A DNA stretch of 64,000 nt, from the IMG/VR virus record IMGVR_UViG_3300046167_000525. One strand, 5' to 3'. Shown here one piece after another: positions 36,725 to 45,848 of this stretch (position 1 is the stretch's first letter; each line of letters starts with the position of its first letter). The stretch is from an uncultured virus (IMG/VR IMGVR_UViG_3300046167_000525). Its lineage: Duplodnaviria; Heunggongvirae; Uroviricota; Caudoviricetes; Crassvirales. The notes beneath the pieces were generated by a model. It saw only the letters and a list, made by a program, of their open reading frames with translations, was not told the origin of the DNA and ran no database searches. Made by a program: the position numbers and the translations under genes.

Positions 36725-36757
36725 TACAAACTAAACACGATCGCTAATTGATAATAT
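36723..36757 (+). promoter_or_regulatory. Class-I early promoter motif, copy 10
   Basis: AATACA-AACTAA-ACACGA-N9-GATAATAT. Confidence 0.8.
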
Positions 36758-36771
36758 AATAAACAAAAATT

Positions 36772-37377
36772 ATGAACTTATTAACACAAAATTCTAAACT
36801 TAAAAAAACATCAAAAGAACTCGGGCTCCGGGTCTTTAACTTCGGTATTCCTGCCTACAAATCTGCTAGCGGGAAACTGACGTGCCCCATGGCTGACAGT
36901 TGTGTTAAATTCTGTTATGCCAAGAAAGGAGCCTACATCTGGAGTAACGTAAAACCTGCGTTTGAAAAGCGTTATCAACTCAGCAAGACTGACATGTTTG
37001 TTGATGTTATGAACGCTGAAATACGTAAGAAGAAACCTGATTACGTCAGAGTCCATGATAGCGGCGATTATTATTCTCGCGCATATCTAAAAAAGTGGAT
37101 CGACATTGCTAATAGCAATCCTAACGTACGGTTTTACAGTTACACCAATATGATTGATATGATGTTAAAAACCTCATTACCAAGTAATTACGATATAATA
37201 TTCAGTGACTCTGGAAAACAAAAACATTTAATAGATGAGACAAAACATAGACACACTAAAATTTTCTCAAGCCATGTTGATCTTGATAGGGCTTCGTATA
37301 CTGATGCCAGCTCTATTGATTTAATGGCAACTAAGTGGTTCAATAAAACAAATAAAGTAGGATTAGTATTTCATTAA
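36772..37377 (+). CDS. Gp88-like phage protein
   Basis: TCPMADSCVKFCYAKKG Cys cluster, RVHDSGDYY and FYSYT. Confidence 0.7.
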   Translation: MNLLTQNSKLKKTSKELGLRVFNFGIPAYKSASGKLTCPMADSCVKFCYAKKGAYIWSNVKPAFEKRYQLSKTDMFVDVMNAEIRKKKPDYVRVHDSGDYYSRAYLKKWIDIANSNPNVRFYSYTNMIDMMLKTSLPSNYDIIFSDSGKQKHLIDETKHRHTKIFSSHVDLDRASYTDASSIDLMATKWFNKTNKVGLVFH

Positions 37378-37445
37378 TGATAGCAATAATAATATGGATA
37401 ATAGCGTATCTTTTATGTTTAACAATACTATTATACATAGAAGAT

Positions 37446-37480
37446 ATTACAGACTGAACACGATCAAACAAAGATAATAT
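37446..37480 (+). promoter_or_regulatory. Class-I early promoter motif, copy 11
   Basis: ATTACA-GACTGA-ACACGA-N9-GATAATAT. Confidence 0.8.
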
Positions 37481-37502
37481 AATAAACAAAAACAAAAAAC
37501 TT

Positions 37503-37724
37503 ATGAACAATTTTGAAAAATTTAGATCTGACAATTCGTCAACAATTTCAACAGGTAGATATTATACCGAAAACAAAACGCTTGTATTAATATACGAAAA
37601 CGGTGGTGTATACGAGTACGAAGACGTACCATTATTTTATTGGCGTGGATTAATGAACGCTGAATCTAAAGGTAAATTTATTAACACTAACATTAAAAGA
37701 TTATTTAAATTCACTAAAAGATAA
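37503..37724 (+). CDS. KTSC domain protein
   Basis: SSTI..YY..TLVLIYENGGVYEYEDVP..LMNAESKGKFIN. Confidence 0.85.
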   Translation: MNNFEKFRSDNSSTISTGRYYTENKTLVLIYENGGVYEYEDVPLFYWRGLMNAESKGKFINTNIKRLFKFTKR

Positions 37725-37727
37725 TAA

Positions 37728-38012
37728 ATGACAGAAAAAGATATTACTAAAATAGCCGAGCTAACTGCTAAAATTATTATAGATCACTTAGAAGCAAAGC
37801 AAGACGAATGGAATCAAGACTTCCAAGTATCAATGGAAAATATTAAACAAGACGGCTTTGGTAATATGCGTATGATGTCTGAGCAAGAAATAATACACAT
37901 GCAAATAGACGAACTACAGCAAGAGTTAGACAAAGCAGTTGAGGATGAAAACTTCACGTTAGCTAGCAAAATAAATAATAAAATTATTAACCTAAATAAA
38001 AAATTAAAGTAA
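37728..38012 (+). CDS. Protein with a C-terminal UVR (UvrB/C) motif
   Basis: LQQELDKAVEDENFTLASKINNKI. Confidence 0.65.
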   Translation: MTEKDITKIAELTAKIIIDHLEAKQDEWNQDFQVSMENIKQDGFGNMRMMSEQEIIHMQIDELQQELDKAVEDENFTLASKINNKIINLNKKLK

Positions 38013-38506
38013 TGAATATATTTTATCTATCTCACGATCCTGTGCAAGCAGCTAAGTATCAATACAATAAACACGTTGTAAAAATGATACTTGAAACTGC
38101 ACAACTATTATGTACAGCTCATCACGAGTTAGGTACTAATATTGATATACCATATAAAGCTACACATAAAAACCATCCGTCAGCTATATGGGTTAGATCC
38201 TCTGCCGAAGCATATATGTGGGCATACGAACATATGTTAGCTCTTGGTAAAGAATATACAAAACGTTACGGTAAAGAACATCTTACAATCGCTAAATGCC
38301 GCGATGTGCTATACACTTTGCCTAACGGTATATCTGATAAAGCTTTCGAGCAGCCACCACAATGTATGCCTGACGAATATAAAGTCAACGGCAACAGCGT
38401 ACTTGGCTACTGGAATTATTATGAAAACGAAAAACACACAGTAAAAAACAAAAATGAGCAGAAAATTATACGTCCACACAACATCAACGAATTATGCGAA
38501 CATTAA
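38012..38506 (+). CDS. Pyrimidine-dimer DNA glycosylase (DenV-like family)
   Basis: MNIFYL..KHVVKMILETAQLL..YKATHKNHPSAIW..PQCMPDEYK. Confidence 0.75.
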   Translation: MNIFYLSHDPVQAAKYQYNKHVVKMILETAQLLCTAHHELGTNIDIPYKATHKNHPSAIWVRSSAEAYMWAYEHMLALGKEYTKRYGKEHLTIAKCRDVLYTLPNGISDKAFEQPPQCMPDEYKVNGNSVLGYWNYYENEKHTVKNKNEQKIIRPHNINELCEH

Positions 38507-38715
38507 TACAAAAATTCAAAAAGAACAGAAGAAAAGCAAAACACGTGAAGTTTCTTCACTTAAAGATAGCAGAGCTACACGGTGAAATAATTGCTGAATC
38601 TTTTAAAGGTGAATTTCAATTTAATAAAGGTATAACTGTTATATACAGTAATGTAGAAAATAAAGCAAAGCTTTTAAAAAAGTATAACAGAAGATTAAAA
38701 TTAATAGTGTACTAG
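38494..38715 (+). CDS. Basic hypothetical protein
   Basis: 73-aa ORF. Confidence 0.55.
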   Translation: MRTLIQKFKKNRRKAKHVKFLHLKIAELHGEIIAESFKGEFQFNKGITVIYSNVENKAKLLKKYNRRLKLIVY

Positions 38716-38716
38716 T

Positions 38717-38760
38717 GTGACGATAGCTAGTATATAATAATAGTAAGAGGCTAATGTCAC
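38717..38760. promoter_or_regulatory. Spaced inverted repeat, copy C; overlaps the start of the HTH gene
   Basis: GTGACGATAGC-N22-GCTAATGTCAC; ATG at 38754 lies in the right arm. Confidence 0.65.
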
Positions 38761-39374
38761 AGTACGAAAGAAATACAAGATATTTAGAGTTGCATCGTAT
38801 AATATACAGACGTGATCCAGTAAATGATTTACCTACAGAAACTTTTGATTGGGGTAAATTTTATGAGAATGGAACGCATGAATGTTATACTTTGTTTAAC
38901 TCTAAAGCTAAAATAAACACATATAAGAGTCTTAAGTGGCATATGTATGTTTTATGGTACTTGAACCCACAATTGGATCAAGACTCGTTTAGCGCATTGA
39001 TTGAGTATATATGTGACAAAACTAAAGGCTTCGTAACATTTAATGTATCTGAACAACTATTACAAACTATGTTATACGATGTTTCACTTATGGATTTGGA
39101 AAAACCACCTCCTAATAAACTACGTAAGATAATATTTAAAGATAGTTCAGGTCTTGATATGCGACAAAAGCTTACTATAGTAGGTCAAATGATAGGTAGA
39201 AACAAAATTTCATCAAGTGAAATATATGACGCTATGCTATTAATAAACCATGACAATCAAAAAATAACTATAAGTAAGTTAGCTGAGTCTTTAAATTGTT
39301 CTACAAGAACTATACACAGAAATATGAATAATGAACTTAAAAAAGAAAAATCACTTTTAAATAAAGAATTTTAA
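38754..39374 (+). CDS. DNA-binding protein with a C-terminal HTH
   Basis: ITISKLAESLNCSTRTIHRNM. Confidence 0.7.
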   Translation: MSQYERNTRYLELHRIIYRRDPVNDLPTETFDWGKFYENGTHECYTLFNSKAKINTYKSLKWHMYVLWYLNPQLDQDSFSALIEYICDKTKGFVTFNVSEQLLQTMLYDVSLMDLEKPPPNKLRKIIFKDSSGLDMRQKLTIVGQMIGRNKISSSEIYDAMLLINHDNQKITISKLAESLNCSTRTIHRNMNNELKKEKSLLNKEF

Positions 39375-39375
39375 A

Positions 39376-39410
39376 ATTACAAAGCGGACACGATGAGTGT
39401 ACGATAATAT
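39376..39410 (+). promoter_or_regulatory. Class-I early promoter motif, copy 12 (sigma gene)
   Basis: ATTACA-AAGCGG-ACACGA-N9-GATAATAT, 7 nt before ATG 39418. Confidence 0.8.
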
Positions 39411-39417
39411 ATATGAT

Positions 39418-40176
39418 ATGAAAAAATACAATATACAAAACTATATAAGGTATAAAGAAGATCTAAAAAGATCTATGCCAGAGGGTTTGTTTTGGGATGA
39501 ATATACGAGAGATCAACTTATAGTAAAGTTTATACCATTAGTTGAGAACTTAGCTAGAAAATTTTCTACATCTGATCAAGCATCAGGTGTATTAAGCATC
39601 AACGATCTGATACAATGCGGTTGTGAAGGATTAGTTAAGGCTGTTGACCGATTAGACTGGACTGTTTTACACGAGTCTGAGGACGTTGAAAAAACGTTGA
39701 AGTCATTCTTAAGCAAACGAATCAAAGGAGCTATTAGAAGACGTATAGATATATGCAGGGGTAACATTAGAATACCAGAACATAAGCTAAATGAAATACG
39801 TAAAAATCCTGATGATAAAAAAGCGGTTGCTTTGTTTTTCAATTCAGTGTTTTTAAGTATAGATACAGCTAGAAGCAACGAAGATGAGGGCGAATCCTGG
39901 AGTGAATCTATACCTGATAAGTCTGAACCTTATAACATTCACTTAATGAATGCTTACTTGAAAAGTCTAATGAAAAAACATTTAGACGCAAGAGAGTATG
40001 AAGTATTGAGGCTGTCCTATGGTTTAGACTGTGATAAGCACTCAGCAAAAGAGATTGCAGAAATATTAGATATCAAAGGTAAGCGCTATTATGTGACTGT
40101 TTCAGAGTTAAAAAAGCAAGCAGTGCAAACGCTAATAGATAACGTAGATCACTCGCAAGTGCTTGATTACCTTTAA
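39418..40176 (+). CDS. Phage sigma-70 family RNA polymerase sigma factor
   Basis: Region 2 LVENLARKF..DLIQCGCEGLVKAVDR..RIKGAIRR, IRIPEH, region 4 LDAREYEVLRLSYGL..AKEIAEIL; start moved to MKKYN. Confidence 0.9.
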   Translation: MKKYNIQNYIRYKEDLKRSMPEGLFWDEYTRDQLIVKFIPLVENLARKFSTSDQASGVLSINDLIQCGCEGLVKAVDRLDWTVLHESEDVEKTLKSFLSKRIKGAIRRRIDICRGNIRIPEHKLNEIRKNPDDKKAVALFFNSVFLSIDTARSNEDEGESWSESIPDKSEPYNIHLMNAYLKSLMKKHLDAREYEVLRLSYGLDCDKHSAKEIAEILDIKGKRYYVTVSELKKQAVQTLIDNVDHSQVLDYL

Positions 40177-40195
40177 TTTAAGTCAATAGAGTAAA

Positions 40196-40220
40196 GTAAA
40201 AAGAATACTAAATACGTAAT
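40196..40220 (+). promoter_or_regulatory. Class-II promoter motif upstream of the replication operon
   Basis: GTAAAA-N14-GTAAT, 9 nt before ATG 40230. Confidence 0.6.
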
Positions 40221-40229
40221 TATATTAAT

Positions 40230-40781
40230 ATGGAAACACAAACATTAAACCAAAAACTAGCGTCAATTCAAACGCGGTTTAAATCAAAAAAGAGTAGGTT
40301 CAATTCCTTCGGTAGATACAATTTCAGATCTGCTGAAGATATATTAGAAGCTACTAAACCTTTTCTATTAGAATTAGGTGTATCAGTAACGGTTAATGAA
40401 TCGTTAATAGCTACCGATCCTTTTCCAATAATGGAATCGAAAGCAACGATAACCGATGGTACTGATGCTATACATGCAACTGCTGTAGTCGGTGTTGACC
40501 TTGATCAAAAAGGTATGCAAATGCCCCAAAAATTCGGTAGCTCATCTAGTTATGGAAAAAAATACTCGTTAGGTAATTTATTCTTAATTGATGATACAGC
40601 AGACAGCGATGCTACAAATGCACACGGTAAAGCACCAAAAGCAAAAAACACATTAACCTCAGAGAAAGATCCAGCTTATCCAAAAGCGGTTGATTTTATT
40701 AAAAAAGGAGGTAAGTTAGAAGCTATAAAAGCTAAATACAATATCTCATCGGAGATAGAAGCAAAATTAACAACACTATAG
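40230..40781 (+). CDS. ERF-family ssDNA annealing protein
   Basis: FNSFGRYNFRSAEDIL..QKFGSSSSYGKKYSLGNLFLI..DSDA. Confidence 0.85.
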   Translation: METQTLNQKLASIQTRFKSKKSRFNSFGRYNFRSAEDILEATKPFLLELGVSVTVNESLIATDPFPIMESKATITDGTDAIHATAVVGVDLDQKGMQMPQKFGSSSSYGKKYSLGNLFLIDDTADSDATNAHGKAPKAKNTLTSEKDPAYPKAVDFIKKGGKLEAIKAKYNISSEIEAKLTTL

Positions 40782-40782
40782 T

Positions 40783-41523
40783 ATGGAAGATTTTAACAAG
40801 AGTGAGGTATTAGAAAGACTTAAAAGCGATGAAGATTACTACGGTGACTTTGGAAAACAGTTTAGAAGTAATTCAGATATCTCAACGTTGTTAACAAATC
40901 CTCTTGCGCTAGGCGCTCCACAAAAACCAAATATTAATTTCTTGATTGGTGGTTATTTTCACACAGCAATACTTGAGCCAGAAAAGCTTAAAAAGTATAG
41001 GATAATTGAATCAACAACTAGAAATACAAAAGCGTACAGAGAGATTTCAGGTGGAGAAATGTGTTTGTTACAACATGAAGTAGACAACCTAGAATTATTA
41101 ATCGATACTATGAACTCAAATGATGTTTGTAAAAGTTTAATAAATGGTGTCAATGTTGAATACGAACAACCTGGAATTAAAAAGATTGAAGGATTATGGT
41201 GGAAAGGTAAAGCAGATATTGTTAATCACGATGATCAATTAGTAATTGATTTGAAAACAACAGGTGATATAACTAAATTCAGAAGCTCAGCTTTCCGTTA
41301 CAATTACGACAGTCAAGCGTACATATATCGTAAGCTATTCGGTTATGACTTGGTATTTATTGCAATAGATAAAAAAACAAGACAGCTAGGTATCTTCGAT
41401 TGTTCTGAATCTTTCTATGAAAGCGGTAAGGAAAAAGTACAACAAGCAGTAGAGCAATGGAAATTGTTTTACGAAAATCCGGATTTCGATCCAAAAAATT
41501 ATTTTATTAATCAAACACTTTAA
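40783..41523 (+). CDS. PD-(D/E)XK exonuclease (RecE/ExoVIII-like)
   Basis: SNSDI..HTAILEP..KGKADIV..IDLKTT..YDSQAYIY. Confidence 0.8.
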   Translation: MEDFNKSEVLERLKSDEDYYGDFGKQFRSNSDISTLLTNPLALGAPQKPNINFLIGGYFHTAILEPEKLKKYRIIESTTRNTKAYREISGGEMCLLQHEVDNLELLIDTMNSNDVCKSLINGVNVEYEQPGIKKIEGLWWKGKADIVNHDDQLVIDLKTTGDITKFRSSAFRYNYDSQAYIYRKLFGYDLVFIAIDKKTRQLGIFDCSESFYESGKEKVQQAVEQWKLFYENPDFDPKNYFINQTL

Positions 41524-41527
41524 TCAA

Positions 41528-41695
41528 ATGGCAAGAAGTAAAAAAAGAGTATGCACAGTAACAGGTATGAGAACAAATGAATCTAACTTTTACACGAACC
41601 AAACACATGTAAAAGCAGTAGATAATCTACGTAGAACAACTGGTGCAAACAAAGAACAATTAACAAGAATGTTTAATCAATTAAATACATACTAA
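41528..41695 (+). CDS. Small hypothetical protein (55 aa)
   Basis: Own translation MARSKKRVCTVTG.. Confidence 0.55.
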   Translation: MARSKKRVCTVTGMRTNESNFYTNQTHVKAVDNLRRTTGANKEQLTRMFNQLNTY

Positions 41696-41699
41696 AATT

Positions 41700-42017
41700 A
41701 TGGCTAGTATTATCAAAGCAAATATTAATTTAAACGAGATCCCTAAGGATAAAATATACAAAGGGAAGAAAGGATCTTATTTACCAATCACTATCACTAT
41801 CAACGATGAAGTGGATCAGTTTGGTAATCAAGGCCCTGTAGTAGTAGAACAATCAAAAGAAGAGCGCGAAGCAAAAGTAGCTAAAGTTTATTTAGGTAAT
41901 GTCAAAGTCGTATGGACTAATGGCGATAACGTTGCAGCAGCTCCTAGAACAGATCAACCTCAGCAAGCGGCACCTGCTCAATCGTTTGCTCCTCAAGAAG
42001 ATGATCTACCGTTTTAA
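41700..42017 (+). CDS. Putative single-stranded DNA-binding protein
   Basis: Acidic DDLPF C-terminal tip after a P/Q/A linker; upstream of primase-helicase. Confidence 0.7.
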   Translation: MASIIKANINLNEIPKDKIYKGKKGSYLPITITINDEVDQFGNQGPVVVEQSKEEREAKVAKVYLGNVKVVWTNGDNVAAAPRTDQPQQAAPAQSFAPQEDDLPF

Positions 42018-42124
42018 TGTATAAGAATAACGGAGAGACAGCGTGTCAAATGTGTCATGCTGGTATGAGTATAGAGGAATTTGAATTTTGTGACATATGT
42101 CCTCATTGTAGAGACGAAGAATAA
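42017..42124 (+). CDS. Zn-finger micro-protein (35 aa)
   Basis: CQMC..CDICPHC. Confidence 0.5.
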   Translation: MYKNNGETACQMCHAGMSIEEFEFCDICPHCRDEE

Positions 42125-42145
42125 TTAAATTAAATTAAATAACCT

Positions 42146-43861
42146 ATGCAAATAGAGACTACAGAGATCAATGGATTTGCGATTGACACGTTCAATCAGC
42201 ATGGTCTAGAGCAAGGGAAGAAGCAGGGTATATGCCCTAATTGTTCTCATACTAGAAAACCTGCGAATAAGAAAGCAAAGTGTGCTTCTTATGACTGGGA
42301 ACGGGGTCTCGGTACTTGTCACAATTGTAATACATCATTTCAACTGCATACCTACAAACGTAAGGGTAAAGCTGAAAAAGTGTATATTAAACCTGAGCCT
42401 ATTGTTGTTGAGCAACCAAGCACTAAGGTTGAAGAATGGTTTAAAACAAGAGGTATTTCACAACAGACTCTCATTGATTTAAAAATTAGTGAGGGTCCCG
42501 AGTGGATGCCACAGACCGGTAAAACCGAGAATGTAATAAAGTTCAATTATTTTATGGGCGGCGAATTAACTAATGTTAAATACCGTGATGGAAGAAAGAA
42601 CTTTAAATTATATAAGGGTGCTGAGAAGGTATTTTATAATATAGATAGTATTGTAGGATATGAATATTGTGTTATAGTAGAGGGTGAAATGGATGTGTTA
42701 GCATTGCATGAAGCAGGTATTACAAACGCTATATCAGTTCCCAATGGAGCAACACTTAACTCCAATAACTTAGACTACTTAGATAGTTGTATTGATTACT
42801 TTGAAGATAAAGAAAAGATTATATTAGCTGTAGACTCTGACGAAGCTGGCCAAGCATTACAAACAGAGTTAATTAGAAGGCTAGGATCTGAAGTTTGTTT
42901 TCTATCGACGTTTGAAGATTGTAAAGATGCAAATGAATACCTACAAAAATATGGAGCAGACAAGCTCACAGCTAGAATTACAGGAGCAAAACCAGTACCG
43001 CTTGAAAATGTTACTACTTTCAGAGACATCGAAGATGAGATTACTGACTTTGTTAGGAATGGTTTCAAAAAAGGATTTCAAGTTGGTCTTCCAAACTTTG
43101 ATGATATCTTTTCAACTTATACCGGTCAATTTATTACTGTCACTGGTATTCCTTCTTCCGGTAAAAGTGATTTTGTCGACCAAATGGTTGTCGGTTATAA
43201 TGCAAACTATGGCTGGAAAACAGCTTTCGCTTCGCCTGAGAATGTACCTACCTATCTGCACGCTCACAAATTAATGCGTAAGACTTGGCAAGGTATGCCA
43301 ACAAGAGATGATATCGGCGGCGATAAGTGGAATCAAATAGCTGATCACTGTAATAGTAATTACTTTCATATAGATATGGAACGCTACACATTAGAGTCTG
43401 TTTTAAAGAAAGCGGCTGAACTTGTTAAGCGTAAAGGTATTAAATGCTTAGTAATAGATCCTTTTAATAAGGTTAGAGATGTAGATTGTAAGACAGAAGA
43501 CGTTAATAGATACACTATGGAATACTTAAGCAAGATAGAAATCTTTGCTAAAAAGTTTGATGTACTTGTATTTATTGTAGCTCATCCTACTAAAATGTAT
43601 AAAGACAAAGACGGCAAGATTGAAGAGCCTACTATGTATAACATTAAAGGAGGTGGTGAATGGTACGATGCTTCTTATCACGGGCTATTAGTTCATAGAG
43701 ATTATGAAGCTAAGACTGTTAAGTGTAAAGTTCTTAAGGTTAAGTTTCAAAACTTAGGAGAGAATGGTGCTGAAGCACATTTTAAATGGGAACCAAAGTC
43801 AGGTTGCTTTATACCTCACGAGCCATTAGATATAGGTGGTGAAAAAATGCCCTGGGAATAA
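42146..43861 (+). CDS. Primase-helicase (T7 gp4/Twinkle-like)
   Basis: Zn finger CPNC..CHNC, TOPRIM EGEMD..DSDEAG, Walker A GIPSSGKS, LVIDP, VAHP. Confidence 0.92.
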   Translation: MQIETTEINGFAIDTFNQHGLEQGKKQGICPNCSHTRKPANKKAKCASYDWERGLGTCHNCNTSFQLHTYKRKGKAEKVYIKPEPIVVEQPSTKVEEWFKTRGISQQTLIDLKISEGPEWMPQTGKTENVIKFNYFMGGELTNVKYRDGRKNFKLYKGAEKVFYNIDSIVGYEYCVIVEGEMDVLALHEAGITNAISVPNGATLNSNNLDYLDSCIDYFEDKEKIILAVDSDEAGQALQTELIRRLGSEVCFLSTFEDCKDANEYLQKYGADKLTARITGAKPVPLENVTTFRDIEDEITDFVRNGFKKGFQVGLPNFDDIFSTYTGQFITVTGIPSSGKSDFVDQMVVGYNANYGWKTAFASPENVPTYLHAHKLMRKTWQGMPTRDDIGGDKWNQIADHCNSNYFHIDMERYTLESVLKKAAELVKRKGIKCLVIDPFNKVRDVDCKTEDVNRYTMEYLSKIEIFAKKFDVLVFIVAHPTKMYKDKDGKIEEPTMYNIKGGGEWYDASYHGLLVHRDYEAKTVKCKVLKVKFQNLGENGAEAHFKWEPKSGCFIPHEPLDIGGEKMPWE

Positions 43862-44116
43862 ATGGGTAGTGGTAATAAAAAGAAAGCAGTTAATATGGGT
43901 AGCCCACCTCATAAAGAGGAACAGTGGGAAGCATATAGATGGTGCGTTAGAAATAATATATGTATATCAGCAAAAGCTAAAAACAATTCTGAATGGTATA
44001 TAGATATAGTTAACAACGGTAACACCCATACAAGCCCTGAGACTTATGGTAAAAACGATATATGGACAAAAATATTTGAATACTCAAAATATTATTATGA
44101 TAAACATAGAAAATGA
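43862..44116 (+). CDS. Hypothetical protein
   Basis: 84-aa ORF. Confidence 0.6.
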   Translation: MGSGNKKKAVNMGSPPHKEEQWEAYRWCVRNNICISAKAKNNSEWYIDIVNNGNTHTSPETYGKNDIWTKIFEYSKYYYDKHRK

Positions 44117-44921
44117 ATACAAAGGATTATTATCAGAAATACTCGACAAAGGAGTGGATAAATCAGATCGAACAGGGACTGGGACGAAGTCTGTCTTCGG
44201 AAGAACGATTAGACACGATATGTCACTGGGCTTCCCTATACTCACAGGAAAGAAGATAAGTTTTAATGCAGCAAAAACGGAATTGCTTTGGATACTAAAC
44301 GGTAGAACTGATCTTAAGTATTTAGAAGATAACGGTGTTAAATACTGGAGACCGGATTATGAACGCTCAGGTAGAACAGATGAAACATTAGGTCCTGTAT
44401 ATGGAAAACAGTGGCGTGATTTTAGCGGCGTAGATCAACTAAAAAATCTTGTGTATAGCATTATAACAAACCCTGACTCAAGACGTCTTATGGTTAGTAC
44501 ATGGGCTCCACATGAGATGAAAGATATGGTACTTCCTCCGTGTCATTATGCTTTTCAAGTTTATATTAACGACGGTGTTATGGATTTGATGTGGCAACAA
44601 AGATCGGCTGATGTGTTCTTAGGTTTACCTTACGATATTACAATGTATGGTTTGTTGTTAGAATTGTTAGCTAAAGGTGCTGGTTTAAAAGCCGGCCAAC
44701 TTATTGGTCAACTCGGTGATTGTCATTTATATAACAATCATTTAGAACAAGCAAGAGAGTATAGAAGAAGATCTAAACGTAAGCTTCCTGAATTAGATTT
44801 TAAATACGGTATATTTATGGATGTTCATGAGCATTTAAGTTTACCTGAATTGAGTGATATAAAATTAAATAACTACAATCCTTATCCTGCAATCAAGGCA
44901 GAGCTGAGTGTTGGTAAATAA
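44097..44921 (+). CDS. thyA: Thymidylate synthase family enzyme with Asn-to-Asp specificity change (possible dCMP methylase)
   Basis: DRTGTGT, LGPVYGKQWR, LPPCH, QRSADVFLGLPYDI, GDCHLYNNH; start probably MINIEN. Confidence 0.9.
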   Translation: MINIENEYKGLLSEILDKGVDKSDRTGTGTKSVFGRTIRHDMSLGFPILTGKKISFNAAKTELLWILNGRTDLKYLEDNGVKYWRPDYERSGRTDETLGPVYGKQWRDFSGVDQLKNLVYSIITNPDSRRLMVSTWAPHEMKDMVLPPCHYAFQVYINDGVMDLMWQQRSADVFLGLPYDITMYGLLLELLAKGAGLKAGQLIGQLGDCHLYNNHLEQAREYRRRSKRKLPELDFKYGIFMDVHEHLSLPELSDIKLNNYNPYPAIKAELSVGK

Positions 44922-45726
44922 AAACAATATGACATATTATTTATACCATATTCCAGGTAAAAAAATAGGAATAACACGTAATCTTAAAGATAGAGTTACG
45001 CGGCAACAAGGTTATACCGCAGACGAATACGAAGTTCTACTTACTAGCGATGATATAGATTATATATCTGACAAGGAAATAGAACTTCAAAAGTCTTATG
45101 GGTATAAAGTCGACAGACAAAAATATAATTTTTTAACTAAAAAATCAAATCGAATGAAATTAAACCCTACGGACCAAACAACTACATTTCCAGTACCTGT
45201 TTATAAATTAAGAGGTAACTTAATGGATAATATAGGCTTAAAGTGGGAGACACCTCAAGGTTATAAATTTGAAATAACTAAAGAAAATATAAATTGGATA
45301 TTATTAAATGTTAAAACTTCTATGTATAACAACAATAGATGCTACATATATAATAAAGCTTTTAATAGATATCTTAATGAATCTACAGATACAACTAATT
45401 CTACATATCCAGAAAAGTTATATTCTTATCAAGATCAATTTGAATTAATAAGAGAATGGGCTAGTGATAAAGGTATATATAAATCAGGCGATTCTAAAAC
45501 TCAGTATATCAAACTAATGGAAGAAGCAGGAGAATTAGCTCAAGCTATATTAAAAAACGATGAACCTGAAGTGATCGATGCTATTGGTGATATGGTTGTA
45601 GTATTAACCAACTTAGCAAAGTTAAGAGGGCATAATATAGAAGACTGTATAACAAGTGCTTATAATGTTATAGCTAAACGGAAAGGTGAAATGATAAACG
45701 GAACATTTGTAAAACAAACACTATGA
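44908..45726 (+). CDS. GIY-YIG-like N-terminus fused to a MazG-like NTP pyrophosphatase
   Basis: YYLYHIPGKKIGIT at the N-terminus; KLMEEAGELA..DAIGDMVVVL at the C-terminus. Confidence 0.7.
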   Translation: MLVNKNNMTYYLYHIPGKKIGITRNLKDRVTRQQGYTADEYEVLLTSDDIDYISDKEIELQKSYGYKVDRQKYNFLTKKSNRMKLNPTDQTTTFPVPVYKLRGNLMDNIGLKWETPQGYKFEITKENINWILLNVKTSMYNNNRCYIYNKAFNRYLNESTDTTNSTYPEKLYSYQDQFELIREWASDKGIYKSGDSKTQYIKLMEEAGELAQAILKNDEPEVIDAIGDMVVVLTNLAKLRGHNIEDCITSAYNVIAKRKGEMINGTFVKQTL

Positions 45727-45848
45727 TAACAAAAACTGAAACAAGGCTACAAAAAACTAAAGAACGGATTAGTAAGAAACCTATTAACAAACATCTTAGC
45801 TGGAGAAACAAAAGAGTAACTGGCTTTGATAAAAACTAAAATGATTAT

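Noticed and set aside
31685..39410. Repeated 35-bp motif as a CRISPR array
   Set aside because: Copies are 158-1930 bp apart, separated by genes, and only partly conserved; no cas genes are present
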